Shown: piece by piece, positions 1-8,661 of the stretch
How the letters are laid out: every line of letters begins with the position of its first letter
Numbering within the stretch: the first letter of the stretch is position 1
NCBI GenBank assembly: GCA_022360775.1
Contig: JAKSCD010000118.1
Coordinates: 1 to 56,551, forward strand
Direction: 5' to 3'
DNA: 56,551 nt
Source of the DNA: Sneathiellales bacterium
GTDB lineage: Bacteria; Pseudomonadota; Alphaproteobacteria; Sneathiellales; Sneathiellaceae
The notes under the pieces: generated by a model
What the model was told of the DNA's origin: nothing
The model's input: only the letters and a program-made list of their open reading frames with translations
Databases searched by the model: none
Program-made: the position numbers and the translations under genes

Positions 1-115
1 GGTCTTCCCGTTCCTGAATTTCGTAGGCGAAAACAGTGAACGGGAATTCTGGAAAGGCTCATACCTTCATCCAGCGATAGACATCGGTTGAGTCTTTTGG
101 CCTGGTTGCCGCATG

Positions 116-1024
116 CTAGTGACCTTGCAGTCCGTAAATAAGTGCATGATGCGCACTGCTTGCAGCAAGGATACCGGATGCGGCTGCCAGGGTAGCGTTG
201 GGCATCGGGCAGGCCATGTCCCCCGCCGCAAAGACGCCTGGAACAGAAGTGCGCTGCCTTTCATCGACGGATAACATCGGACCTGTCATGCCGGGTTTAA
301 TCTCAAGGCCAAGCGCTTCTGCAAACGTGTCGACAAGTGACGTTTCAGGGGCAATGAACAAGCCTGAAAGGTTGATTTTTCGCCCGTCGGCGAGATGAAC
401 CGCTTCCAGATCCGGGCTTTTGCCGTGAAGACTGGTGATAGGCGTTTGCTCGATTGTGACATTGCGCTTCAGGAGCGCCTTTTCTTCTTCCTGTGTCAAA
501 GTGAGGTTGTTTTGCAAAAAGAGAGTTGTTGGCCCCCAGTCCGGAACCAGCATGGCCTGATGCAGGGCGAGGGCATTGCTTGCAATAACGCCAATCGGGT
601 TCCGGTTGAGCTCATATCCGTGGCAGTAAGGACAATGCAGGACACTCACACCCCATCGTTCCTCAAGTCCCTGAATGTCAGGCAGGATATCCCGCACGCC
701 TGTTGCGAGGATCAGACATCTCGATGTTGCCCTAAGGTCGTTCGCCAAGATAACCTCGAACCCGTCATCCAGTATATTGGCCTGCAAGACCTCTGTTTCT
801 TTTTGTAGAACAGTAGGGTAGGTCAATAACTGTTCGCGGGCATTGGTCATGATCACCGCAGGTGGAAGACCATCCTGACCCAGAAATCCATGTGATGTTC
901 TTGCAAATCGATTGCGCGCTTTGCCGCTATCAACGATTAGGATACGCCGTCTGGCCCTTGCCAGCTGCAGGGCTGCAGCCTGGCCTGCAAAACTACCGCC
1001 AATAATGATGACTTCGAATTCCAT
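116..1024 (-). CDS. NAD(P)/FAD-dependent oxidoreductase, thioredoxin-reductase-like
   Basis: N-terminal IIGGSFAG FAD motif, ILATG, redox CPYCHGYE, C-terminal TSVPGVFAAGD. Confidence 0.93.
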   Translation of the reverse strand: MEFEVIIIGGSFAGQAAALQLARARRRILIVDSGKARNRFARTSHGFLGQDGLPPAVIMTNAREQLLTYPTVLQKETEVLQANILDDGFEVILANDLRATSRCLILATGVRDILPDIQGLEERWGVSVLHCPYCHGYELNRNPIGVIASNALALHQAMLVPDWGPTTLFLQNNLTLTQEEEKALLKRNVTIEQTPITSLHGKSPDLEAVHLADGRKINLSGLFIAPETSLVDTFAEALGLEIKPGMTGPMLSVDERQRTSVPGVFAAGDMACPMPNATLAAASGILAASSAHHALIYGLQGH

Positions 1025-1042
1025 AATCAGCCTCTTTTAATA

Positions 1043-1105
1043 ATGTATCATTTAAAGTTACGTAATAATTCAAAAGACGTCAACACAAGAAACATTTATA
1101 GTTAC
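1043..1105. promoter_or_regulatory. Two putative Rrf2 operator sites in the divergent promoter
   Basis: GTATC-ATTTAAA-GTTAC (1045-1061) and GAAAC-ATTTATA-GTTAC (1089-1105), imperfect GTAAC-N7-GTTAC palindromes. Confidence 0.55.
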
Positions 1106-1141
1106 ATTATGCGTTTATGAGACAGGCTCAGGAGAAAACAG

Positions 1142-1633
1142 TTGCGACGAGATCATCGAATGTCACGAATGCTCCATATTCTTATCCATCTGGATAGACA
1201 TTTCGAGAGAGCGACATCGCAGGAAATCTCATTGATGCTGAACACAAATCCTGTCGTGATCAGGCGCATGATGTCAGGCTTGCGAAACAAGGGATATGTG
1301 ATTTCCGAAAAAGGGCATGGTGGTGGTTGGGAGCTCAAAACCCCCCTCGAGGAGATCACCCTGCTTGATGTATATCAGGCGATTGGTGAGCCTCCCCTTT
1401 TCAATATCGGCCCGCAGCAGCCGAATTCTGAATGCCTTGTCGAACAGGCGGTGGATGCCCATCTGGAAAAGACCCTTGCGGAGGCGGAAAAATCTCTTCT
1501 GGATAAATTTCGGACCATTACCGTTGCCGAGTTGGCTAAAGATTTTGAACAGCGTTTTGAAGTGCTTCTTAAAGAAAAGGGCGCTGGGGAAAAAAGACAC
1601 TCTTTTAAGGGATTCAAACATAATCTCTTATAA
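1142..1633 (+). CDS. Rrf2 family transcriptional regulator
   Basis: TNPVVIRRMMSGL...GHGGGWEL...ITLLDVYQAIG wHTH signature; TTG start after AGGAG. Confidence 0.92.
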   Translation: MRRDHRMSRMLHILIHLDRHFERATSQEISLMLNTNPVVIRRMMSGLRNKGYVISEKGHGGGWELKTPLEEITLLDVYQAIGEPPLFNIGPQQPNSECLVEQAVDAHLEKTLAEAEKSLLDKFRTITVAELAKDFEQRFEVLLKEKGAGEKRHSFKGFKHNLL

Positions 1634-1716
1634 AATTTTGTCCGTAGGTCGCTAAAAGAATGTTATGAAGACGGAATGATATTTCGTCCGCCAGTAGAAC
1701 AACAGTCTGGTCCTCC

Positions 1717-2679
1717 ATGTCAGAGAAAAGTGAAAAAAACCAAGCAGGAAACGCCTCGGAATATGTAGATTTTTCCAGGCATGATCAGAGTGGGAATTTC
1801 TTGTCACATTTCGAGTATGGCGTTCCCGCCGGCCTCGTGCAGCCAGATAACAACGTCCTCTCCCTTGAAGAGAGTGGCGATATTTCCGGCATGTTTATGC
1901 TCGATGACAGGCTATTGCTTGGATACGATATTATCTGGAAATCCTATCATCCTGAATTTGTCGCCGCAGGCTATAAGCGGAGCTCTTCATCATTTCCCAT
2001 GGCAATCTGGGATGCAAAAACCGGAGAAAAGCTTTTGACATTGAAAGGGTTTCATACCGGGTCTCCAAGAGGAGCAAAAAAGCTTGATGAAAATCGCCTG
2101 ATCACCTGGGCAAGGGATTTTCGGGTGTTTCTCTGGGATATGGAGACAGGGGAGCCGTTAGCGGCCTTTACATCGCCCGTTCATCTGGATGAAAAAGGAT
2201 ATGCCATTGTTTCTTCCAGAAATGGTGAAGATTATTCTGCTGATGATTGGGTTGCCTATATGGAAGGGCGCGGCGCGCCGGGATTTAATGTGACCCATTA
2301 TATGCAGCCCGTTCCAGCGGGAGAGCAATTAAAGTATGGTCCCTTTGAGGGACATGAGGGTAAAGGGACTACAATTCGCCGGTATGAACTGGATATAGCG
2401 AAGCACATCGATCACCGGGATCTGTTGCTCCGCCTGCAGGATCTGGAAGGCGCAGAAGCCGGTTATTCGACACCCTTCAGAATGGAAGACGGACGCTTTG
2501 GTATCGGGGGGGCAACTTATGGCACATGGGAACAGGTCTTTGTCTGGGATGGCGTGAAAGATCTGATCATTCTTTTTCCAAAAAGACTTTATGTGGATTG
2601 TGAGATCGTCGGTGAAATCGCGCCAAATACCGTTCGTATTGATGAAGGTTCCGAAATCTATGTGTTCAAGGATATCTAA
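1717..2679 (+). CDS. Hypothetical protein with WD40-like repeats
   Basis: 320-aa ORF; AIWDAKTGEKLLTLKGFH and LITWARDFRVFLWDMETGEPL. Confidence 0.7.
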   Translation: MSEKSEKNQAGNASEYVDFSRHDQSGNFLSHFEYGVPAGLVQPDNNVLSLEESGDISGMFMLDDRLLLGYDIIWKSYHPEFVAAGYKRSSSSFPMAIWDAKTGEKLLTLKGFHTGSPRGAKKLDENRLITWARDFRVFLWDMETGEPLAAFTSPVHLDEKGYAIVSSRNGEDYSADDWVAYMEGRGAPGFNVTHYMQPVPAGEQLKYGPFEGHEGKGTTIRRYELDIAKHIDHRDLLLRLQDLEGAEAGYSTPFRMEDGRFGIGGATYGTWEQVFVWDGVKDLIILFPKRLYVDCEIVGEIAPNTVRIDEGSEIYVFKDI

Positions 2680-2826
2680 TCAGCTGATTTCTTTGAGTAA
2701 TTTGACTGAATGACATGTTTCAGACGCGAAAGTGGTTTTTTCACAGCCTCTTCTTGTGTTAGCTTGCAACATAATCCTTCCCTTCTGATTGCTTTTTGGC
2801 AAGTTCCGATATCAATGTGAGTTTTT

Positions 2827-3693
2827 ATGCGTTCTTATGATCTTTTGCGCCTTGCTTTACTTGTGTTTGCAGCGGTGACTTTTGTTGTGATCGGAGATAC
2901 GTCCGGAAAGTTACTGACAGGTGCGGGAATTGATCCGCTTTTTGTCGCCTGGACCCGCTTTGCACTGGCGGCCCTTGTTTTGCTGCCCTTCAGCAGTTTG
3001 TCTCTTAAAGAGCTTCCGTATTTTAAAGACTGGCGTATTCTGCTTAGGGCCCTGTTTGTCGTTGGCGGCATAAGCCTAATCCTCACCGCGCTAAAGACGG
3101 AACCCATCGCCAATGTTTTCGGGGCGTTTTTTGTCGGTCCTATTGTCTCTTACATTCTGGCAGTTCTTTTTCTGAAGGAAAGGCCCTCAATCAGCCGGAC
3201 AGTGCTTCTTGCGATTGGTTTTGCCGGCGTTATGCTGGTGGTAAAGCCTGGATTTGGTGCGACGCCGGGCATGTTTTTTGCTCTCGCGGCCGGGACATGC
3301 TACGGGGCGTATCTTGCCATGACACGTACTGTTGCCAGTACATACAGACCACGCTTTTTGCTGATTTCCCAACTGCTGATTGGCGCGATTGTTTTAACGC
3401 CATTTGGCCTGCGACTGGACTTGCCTGACCTTGATATATCCCTGTCCCTTCTTGTCTTACTCAGCGCCTTTGGATCCGCTGCAGGAAATTACATGCTGGT
3501 ACTGGCCAACAGACAAGCAGAAGCCAGCCTGATTGCTCCTCTGGTTTATACACAGTTGATCTCAGCAACGGTCTTTGGTGTTCTGGTTTTCGGCGACTGG
3601 CCGGATCTTTTTTCTCTTGCAGGGCTTGTTCTTATTCTTTTTTCAGGTTTTGGATCCCTTCTTGCTCATCACCGTGCCAAAAAGGTCGCATAA
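2827..3693 (+). CDS. DMT/EamA family transporter
   Basis: About 10 hydrophobic segments; LKER, VVKPG and EASLIAPLVY motifs typical of EamA repeats. Confidence 0.9.
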   Translation: MRSYDLLRLALLVFAAVTFVVIGDTSGKLLTGAGIDPLFVAWTRFALAALVLLPFSSLSLKELPYFKDWRILLRALFVVGGISLILTALKTEPIANVFGAFFVGPIVSYILAVLFLKERPSISRTVLLAIGFAGVMLVVKPGFGATPGMFFALAAGTCYGAYLAMTRTVASTYRPRFLLISQLLIGAIVLTPFGLRLDLPDLDISLSLLVLLSAFGSAAGNYMLVLANRQAEASLIAPLVYTQLISATVFGVLVFGDWPDLFSLAGLVLILFSGFGSLLAHHRAKKVA

Positions 3694-3729
3694 AGAAGAA
3701 GCGATTTTTTTGGCTGAAGGGAAGTGTGT

Positions 3730-4059
3730 CTAGTGCGAGCTGTCACTTTCATCAGTTGGTGGTATACCCAGTTTCTCCCGTCTGGCACGAACCCGTTTTC
3801 CAAAAAATTTATTGCACTCTTCGCTTCCGGCTGGAGATTCACACCAGCCGAACACATTTTCTGACACAGGCTTGGCACCTTTTGGCAATATCACCAACAC
3901 GAGACTCTCATCCTGTACTCTTCTGGCCTTATAAACATCAAATTGCTCACCTTCATAAACATAGGTTCCCGTTCTTTCGAAACTCCTGAAATCCTTAGAG
4001 CAGGCAGCGCAGAATATTGTTATTGCAATCATTATAAATGAAGTTCGGAGGGGGTACAT
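3730..4059 (-). CDS. Small lipoprotein, paralog B (109 aa)
   Basis: Start reassigned to ATG 4059 (GGAG upstream); signal peptide ending CAAC lipobox; similar to 4106-4438. Confidence 0.75.
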   Translation of the reverse strand: MYPLRTSFIMIAITIFCAACSKDFRSFERTGTYVYEGEQFDVYKARRVQDESLVLVILPKGAKPVSENVFGWCESPAGSEECNKFFGKRVRARREKLGIPPTDESDSSH

Positions 4060-4105
4060 TTTCGCTCCATGACTGTCAGTTGAGGGGACGGCAATCGATG
4101 CTCTT

Positions 4106-4438
4106 TTAATGGGAACTGTCGGTTTCTTCTTCTGGTTGCACACCTGTTTTGACAGCTTTGGTAAAGAGTTGGTTGCATTCAGGGTCTGACTTGTCAGCGG
4201 AGCAGGAAGCAAGCGTATTCGTGATTCTGGGTTTCACTCCCTTGGGAACGAGTACTTTAACTCTTTTTTTTGTGTTGAGCTCGGGGTCATATTCCCGTGC
4301 AGTGTGAATGTCATAGCTTTTACCGTCGATAGTAATCGTTTCCAAGAATTGGACCTGTTCGAGTTTTGGTAAACCTGCACAGGCAGTACTTATGAAGATA
4401 ACAAGACCAAAAATGACGGCGTATTTAATAGGTATCAT
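4106..4438 (-). CDS. Small lipoprotein, paralog A (110 aa)
   Basis: Hydrophobic signal ending STAC lipobox; shares PKGxKP, two Cys, ECN and terminal DSSH with paralog B. Confidence 0.78.
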   Translation of the reverse strand: MIPIKYAVIFGLVIFISTACAGLPKLEQVQFLETITIDGKSYDIHTAREYDPELNTKKRVKVLVPKGVKPRITNTLASCSADKSDPECNQLFTKAVKTGVQPEEETDSSH

Positions 4439-4543
4439 CCTGAATTCCCTAACATCTAAATCAGTTGATCAAGGGCATAGCCAATGATGTTCAAACCATA
4501 GTGAGTGGTTGAAACCTTCAGAGGTAGCCATGAAATTTTGCTA

Positions 4544-4588
4544 ACTTTACGATCAGGAATTGATTTTGCAATTGGGGGAAACCCCCCA
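4544..4588 (-). promoter_or_regulatory. Putative LuxR-activated promoter: palindromic box abutting -35
   Basis: TGGGGGAAACCCCCCA (4573-4588), then on the - strand TTGCAA (4571-4566), 16 nt, TAAAGT (4549-4544). Confidence 0.5.
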
Positions 4589-4623
4589 GATACCCTGAAG
4601 GCCCACCGAAGAGGGAAACATAA

Positions 4624-5373
4624 TCAGGGAGTAAGCAGATTGAAGGTTAATGCTCTTATAGCTGCTTGAGCATTGGTTTTCGCATTGAGTTTTCGCCGGG
4701 CATTTGCAAGCTGCTTTTCAACCGTTTTCGGATGTGTTCCCATTCTGAAAGCGATTTCCTGAAGTCTCAGTCCACAAATAACCCAGGTCAGGCATTCCCG
4801 TTCACGCGGGGAGAGATATTCGGATTTGTCGATCAGGTAGGACTTATTTATGTTGGCGTGGAAGATATCGCAGAGATGCCGAAGCGTGGAAAGATGGTGA
4901 GAGAGGTGGTTTGCAAACTCGTTTTCCGTGAAAGACCGTGAGGCTTCCATGGAGATACCACCGATAGCAAGTGGATTTAAATCTTTAATGGGAAATGCGA
5001 TGCCATGCGCCATTCCCATTTCCCGCCCTACATCGTGATTTTTGATCTGCTCTTGCGTTAGCGTTTTATTGTCGATCTTTGCATAGACCTGAGAATAGGT
5101 AACGGGATTGTCGTTTTGAATATAGTGCTCCACAAAGTAATCATTTTCCGACCAGTTCCCCTGTTTTGACTGATATTCCTCCCATTCATCACTGAAATTT
5201 CCGACTATTATTGCATTGTTATGCTTGTATTCTTTTTTTGACAACAAGGCCCAGCCGTATTTTACATGGATAAACCCGAGCTGGGAGAGAGCCTGCTGCA
5301 GTATAGAGAGGGAGTCGTCCAGGTTTTCAGCCTTTTTTATACGCTCCGCGAATTCGATAATATCAACGTTCAT
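4624..5373 (-). CDS. LuxR-family regulator (autoinducer-binding domain + HTH); no luxI in window
   Basis: N-terminal LSQLGF..W..D..GMAHGIAFP; C-terminal LSPRERECLTWVICG...EIA...TVEKQLANARRKL. Confidence 0.9.
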   Translation of the reverse strand: MNVDIIEFAERIKKAENLDDSLSILQQALSQLGFIHVKYGWALLSKKEYKHNNAIIVGNFSDEWEEYQSKQGNWSENDYFVEHYIQNDNPVTYSQVYAKIDNKTLTQEQIKNHDVGREMGMAHGIAFPIKDLNPLAIGGISMEASRSFTENEFANHLSHHLSTLRHLCDIFHANINKSYLIDKSEYLSPRERECLTWVICGLRLQEIAFRMGTHPKTVEKQLANARRKLNAKTNAQAAIRALTFNLLTP

Positions 5374-5491
5374 TCTCGTCTTGTACGCTATGGTTCAATT
5401 ATCGGCATAACAATTTAGATAATATTAATATAAATCAGGATTATCTGTAAGCCCTGTCAATAATATAGCACTACTGTGTAGCAGCTAGAAA

Positions 5492-5507
5492 TGGGGCAAA
5501 TCCCCCA
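5492..5507. promoter_or_regulatory. Second copy of the palindromic box, upstream of luxR
   Basis: TGGGGCAAATCCCCCA, 14/16 identical to 4573-4588; could alternatively be a weak terminator of the upstream gene. Confidence 0.45.
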
Positions 5508-5511
5508 GTGG

Positions 5512-6564
5512 CTATTCTCGAAACAGGAAAAGATCTATGAAGGCAGCAGCCAGAGGGGAGCTTGATACTCGTCCTTTGCCTAGATTAAATCCGCGACTCA
5601 ATGCATCCGTGTTGGCAAAGGCCAGAAATACAAGATCCTGCTGAGGAACAATGAGGACAAGTGTTGAAACGGAACTCCAATATCCATAATGCCAGACTAT
5701 AGTTTCGCCATTAATCGTTTCAACAAACCATCCCAATGCATAAGGAAGAGAATAGCCTTTCGTTGATCGGGTCGGGGTGAAAAGGAGGTTCAGCTGTTTT
5801 TCCGGCAAAAGTTTACCGCTTCTCAATCCGGCAATATATCCGGCATAATCGGCGATTGAGGCGATAATCCCAGCAGAGCTTCCAAAATAATCTTGATACT
5901 TCCCTTCAACTAATCTGTTATCTCTGTCCAGTTTATAAGGTTTTGCAAGAGGTGGACTGAACACGTCACCCATTTTTCCTGTTTGCTGAAGAGCAAGTGG
6001 CGTAAGGATCCTGTGTTTTAAAAGATATTCAAAACTATGCCCTGTGCAATTCTCAAGAACAGTGTCAAGCCTCGCAAATTGTGCCCCGTCATAGCGGTAG
6101 GCTTCTCCTGGTTCATTATGTGATGTATGGGACAAGAGGTGACGTATGGTAATTCGCTTTTCTTGCCGGATCTTAACGCCGCAACTTGAGACAGGTTGAT
6201 CCAGCTGCAATTTACCCGCGTCGACCTGCTGCAGAATAACTGTTGCAGCATAGGTCTTTGTCAGTGAGGCCAAATGAAACGGAGTATCAAGGGTAACAGG
6301 TTTTTTCCTTTGAAGATCCGCATATCCGGATCCCTTAAACCAGAGTAGCTTGTCTTTGCGATAAAGTGCTGTGGCTAGTCCCGCAATCCTTAGATAATCA
6401 TGAAGGAAGTCGATTTCGGCTGCAAACAGTGCCAGCTTCTCTTTTGAGAGAGATTCAGCCGACGAAACAGGATAGGCAGCAAGACAAAAAAATGTACCTG
6501 TCAGGAGAAGGCATATCCGGAAAAATGATCTCCTGTTTGATTTGCTGCCGGACATGTTCGCCAT
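5512..6564 (-). CDS. Exported serine hydrolase, beta-lactamase/PBP-like family
   Basis: FHLASLTK (SxxK), LLSHTS, PGEAYRY, WHYG; N-terminal signal-like segment. Confidence 0.88.
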   Translation of the reverse strand: MANMSGSKSNRRSFFRICLLLTGTFFCLAAYPVSSAESLSKEKLALFAAEIDFLHDYLRIAGLATALYRKDKLLWFKGSGYADLQRKKPVTLDTPFHLASLTKTYAATVILQQVDAGKLQLDQPVSSCGVKIRQEKRITIRHLLSHTSHNEPGEAYRYDGAQFARLDTVLENCTGHSFEYLLKHRILTPLALQQTGKMGDVFSPPLAKPYKLDRDNRLVEGKYQDYFGSSAGIIASIADYAGYIAGLRSGKLLPEKQLNLLFTPTRSTKGYSLPYALGWFVETINGETIVWHYGYWSSVSTLVLIVPQQDLVFLAFANTDALSRGFNLGKGRVSSSPLAAAFIDLFLFRE

Positions 6565-6623
6565 TGCTTGAAGTTAAATCCCAGTAGAAGACTACTCCAG
6601 CCGGCACGGAATTCAAAATCTTC

Positions 6624-7220
6624 CTACTTGAATGGAGTGTTTGAAGCCTGCTTCAGGATTTCAGTGATCCAGGGCAGGTTTTCCCGTCCAACGAAAATTT
6701 GATCCTTGACCAGATATGTAGGGGTTGTAAACACCGGACTGTTTTTCGTATCCGCTAGTTTCTCTCTGAAAAATCGGCATGAATTTTCAAGTTCCTGCAC
6801 TGTCAGATCGCGCCCCGCCTTTGAAGCAAGAGCCAGAACCGTCTCATGGGATCCTAAATCGGCACCCTTTTCCCAATAGGACGCGAAGGTAACCCTGATG
6901 TAAGAGAGCGGATCCCCTTGCCAGTCTGCAAGCACAGCAAGTGCCGGGAATGTATTGCCCGGCTGATCCGGAAAATTCATTTTAAGACCTTGCAGTTTCG
7001 CATAATGCTTGTGAATGTTGCGGCTTTGCTCTGCCCTGACCCGGATATGGGTTTCGGATTTGTTTTCCTTTTCAGCTTTTACTGGTATGGCGACCTGTTT
7101 ACTGTCAAAAGCTCCAAAGTGAATATCCACGTCCAGTTTTGCCGCCAGATCGACCGTCGGCTGCAGGGCGAGATAGGATGCGGGACATTTGAAATCAATA
7201 TAAAGTTCAAACATGCTCAC
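6624..7220 (-). CDS. DsbA family / 2-hydroxychromene-2-carboxylate isomerase-like (kappa GST-like)
   Basis: YIDFKCPASYLA; VFTTPTYLV...FVGRENL. Confidence 0.82.
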   Translation of the reverse strand: MSMFELYIDFKCPASYLALQPTVDLAAKLDVDIHFGAFDSKQVAIPVKAEKENKSETHIRVRAEQSRNIHKHYAKLQGLKMNFPDQPGNTFPALAVLADWQGDPLSYIRVTFASYWEKGADLGSHETVLALASKAGRDLTVQELENSCRFFREKLADTKNSPVFTTPTYLVKDQIFVGRENLPWITEILKQASNTPFK

Positions 7221-7915
7221 ACCTCATAGGCCATGTCAGGCGCGTCACCGGAACGGCCTGAAAGACACCAGCGGATATAGGGTAAATGTTCGCGGCCAAA
7301 GAAGATTTCGCGATCGATGATATAGGTCGGCACCCCGTAAATCCCGGATGGGTGAAGCTGTTTTTGCAAGGCGTCATGTTTCGCACGTCCATCCCGCTGC
7401 AGAAAATCGCGAAAACCTGTTATTGTAACCTCGGCCTTTTGCAGACAATCTTCAACAACAGCTACTTCTTCAATATTCAACTCCCGTCGCCAGAAAGCCG
7501 GAAATGTTGCGCGAAGGTAGGATCCCATAAGGCCAGGATTCTGCTCCATTACCCATAAAATGCCGATATTTGCGATACTGGAATCCCAGATTTTCTCCGT
7601 CCCTTTCAGCATATGACCCTGACGCTCGGCATATCGGCGAGCATCTTTATAAGCATATTTTATGCGGATCCATTGTTCCGGCGTTCGGTTCGATTCAACG
7701 ACCTTCCCTCCTTCTTTTCTGGCGCTGCCGAGGTAACTTGGAATATCAAGTGTGAGAGGGCGCCAGTCTATGGAAATTCCCAGTTCAGATTGCAGCTTGA
7801 GAGTTGGCTCCATTGCAATAAAGGCGTAGGGGCTTTTGATATCAAGATAGACAATTAACGGGTTGCTGGACTGAAGGGCGTGCATCTTTTTTCTCGCAAA
7901 GCTGGCTTGAGCCAT
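7217..7915 (-). CDS. DsbA family / HCCA isomerase-like protein
   Basis: YLDIKSPYAFIA; GIYGVPTYII...FFGREHL; 4-nt overlap with the downstream paralog; start may be the second Met. Confidence 0.85.
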   Translation of the reverse strand: MAQASFARKKMHALQSSNPLIVYLDIKSPYAFIAMEPTLKLQSELGISIDWRPLTLDIPSYLGSARKEGGKVVESNRTPEQWIRIKYAYKDARRYAERQGHMLKGTEKIWDSSIANIGILWVMEQNPGLMGSYLRATFPAFWRRELNIEEVAVVEDCLQKAEVTITGFRDFLQRDGRAKHDALQKQLHPSGIYGVPTYIIDREIFFGREHLPYIRWCLSGRSGDAPDMAYEV

Positions 7916-8079
7916 TCTTCTTCTTTTTATAAAGGGTATCGGCTTTAGCCCGTACCTGCAAGGCAGTTAAAGGAAGGGCATCACGTAAATAAGCGTGAAG
8001 GAGGAAAAATTCTCCGTTAAAGCGTGCTCTTTTCAAAGAAAAGGAATATTATAAAAAAATAAAATATAAAGGGGGGATA

Positions 8080-8661
8080 ATGACAAAATATATCCGACTT
8101 ATTTTTATCTGTATTGTAACGACTTTTTTTGCACATCCTGCAAAAGCGGCAATCATGCAGGTCCTTTTCTCTGGTGATATATCCGATGGTGGAACTTATA
8201 TCGGGTATTTCACCTATGATTCATCGTTATTTGGCGATAATTCGTTTAACTCGACAGGGGCACCGGGCTATGAGATCAATCTCGGGCTTTCCATTGTTAA
8301 TTCAGCCGCCGCGAACGGATATGATCAGGATACAGCTTCTGTATCTTCCCTGAATTTTAGCGGAGGTGTTCTGACGTCCTGGAGAATGGGAGGAGACCGG
8401 TCAGAACCAGGAGGCTTCTCAATTAATGATCTTCCTGATTTTTATATAAATACCAACTTGATTGATCCCGGCTTTGGATATGCCCAGAACACACTTAACT
8501 CTGATCAAGTGAGATTTACGAGTTTGGATTATTCAGTGACCAATATCTCGGTTGTTCCCTTGCCAGCAGCTTTCTGGGCATTCGGTGCGGCACTGATGGT
8601 CTTTGCAGGATTTTACAGACGCAGGAATGGGCGCTGGAAAACTGCAGTGGGGCGGTGTTAG
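8080..8661 (+). CDS. VPLPA-CTERM (PEP-CTERM-type) sorted exoprotein
   Basis: Signal peptide ending AKA; C-terminal VPLPAA + TM helix + RRR. Confidence 0.85.
   Translation: MTKYIRLIFICIVTTFFAHPAKAAIMQVLFSGDISDGGTYIGYFTYDSSLFGDNSFNSTGAPGYEINLGLSIVNSAAANGYDQDTASVSSLNFSGGVLTSWRMGGDRSEPGGFSINDLPDFYINTNLIDPGFGYAQNTLNSDQVRFTSLDYSVTNISVVPLPAAFWAFGAALMVFAGFYRRRNGRWKTAVGRC

Noticed and set aside
2-91. Possible 3' end of a + strand gene (VFPFLNFVGENSEREFWKGSYLHPAIDIG)
   Set aside because: Only 29 codons at the window edge with no recognisable motif.
4060-4212. N-terminal extension of the 160-aa ORF 3730-4212
   Set aside because: Overlaps paralog A; ATG 4059 has an RBS, gives a proper signal peptide and matches the paralog length.
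4469-4531. 20-aa leader ORF MATSEGFNHSLWFEHHWLCP on the - strand
   Set aside because: No Shine-Dalgarno and no other support; cannot be distinguished from chance.
5512-6564. Antibiotic-resistance beta-lactamase
   Set aside because: Has YDG rather than YxN and HYG rather than KTG; generic serine hydrolase family, resistance not supportable.
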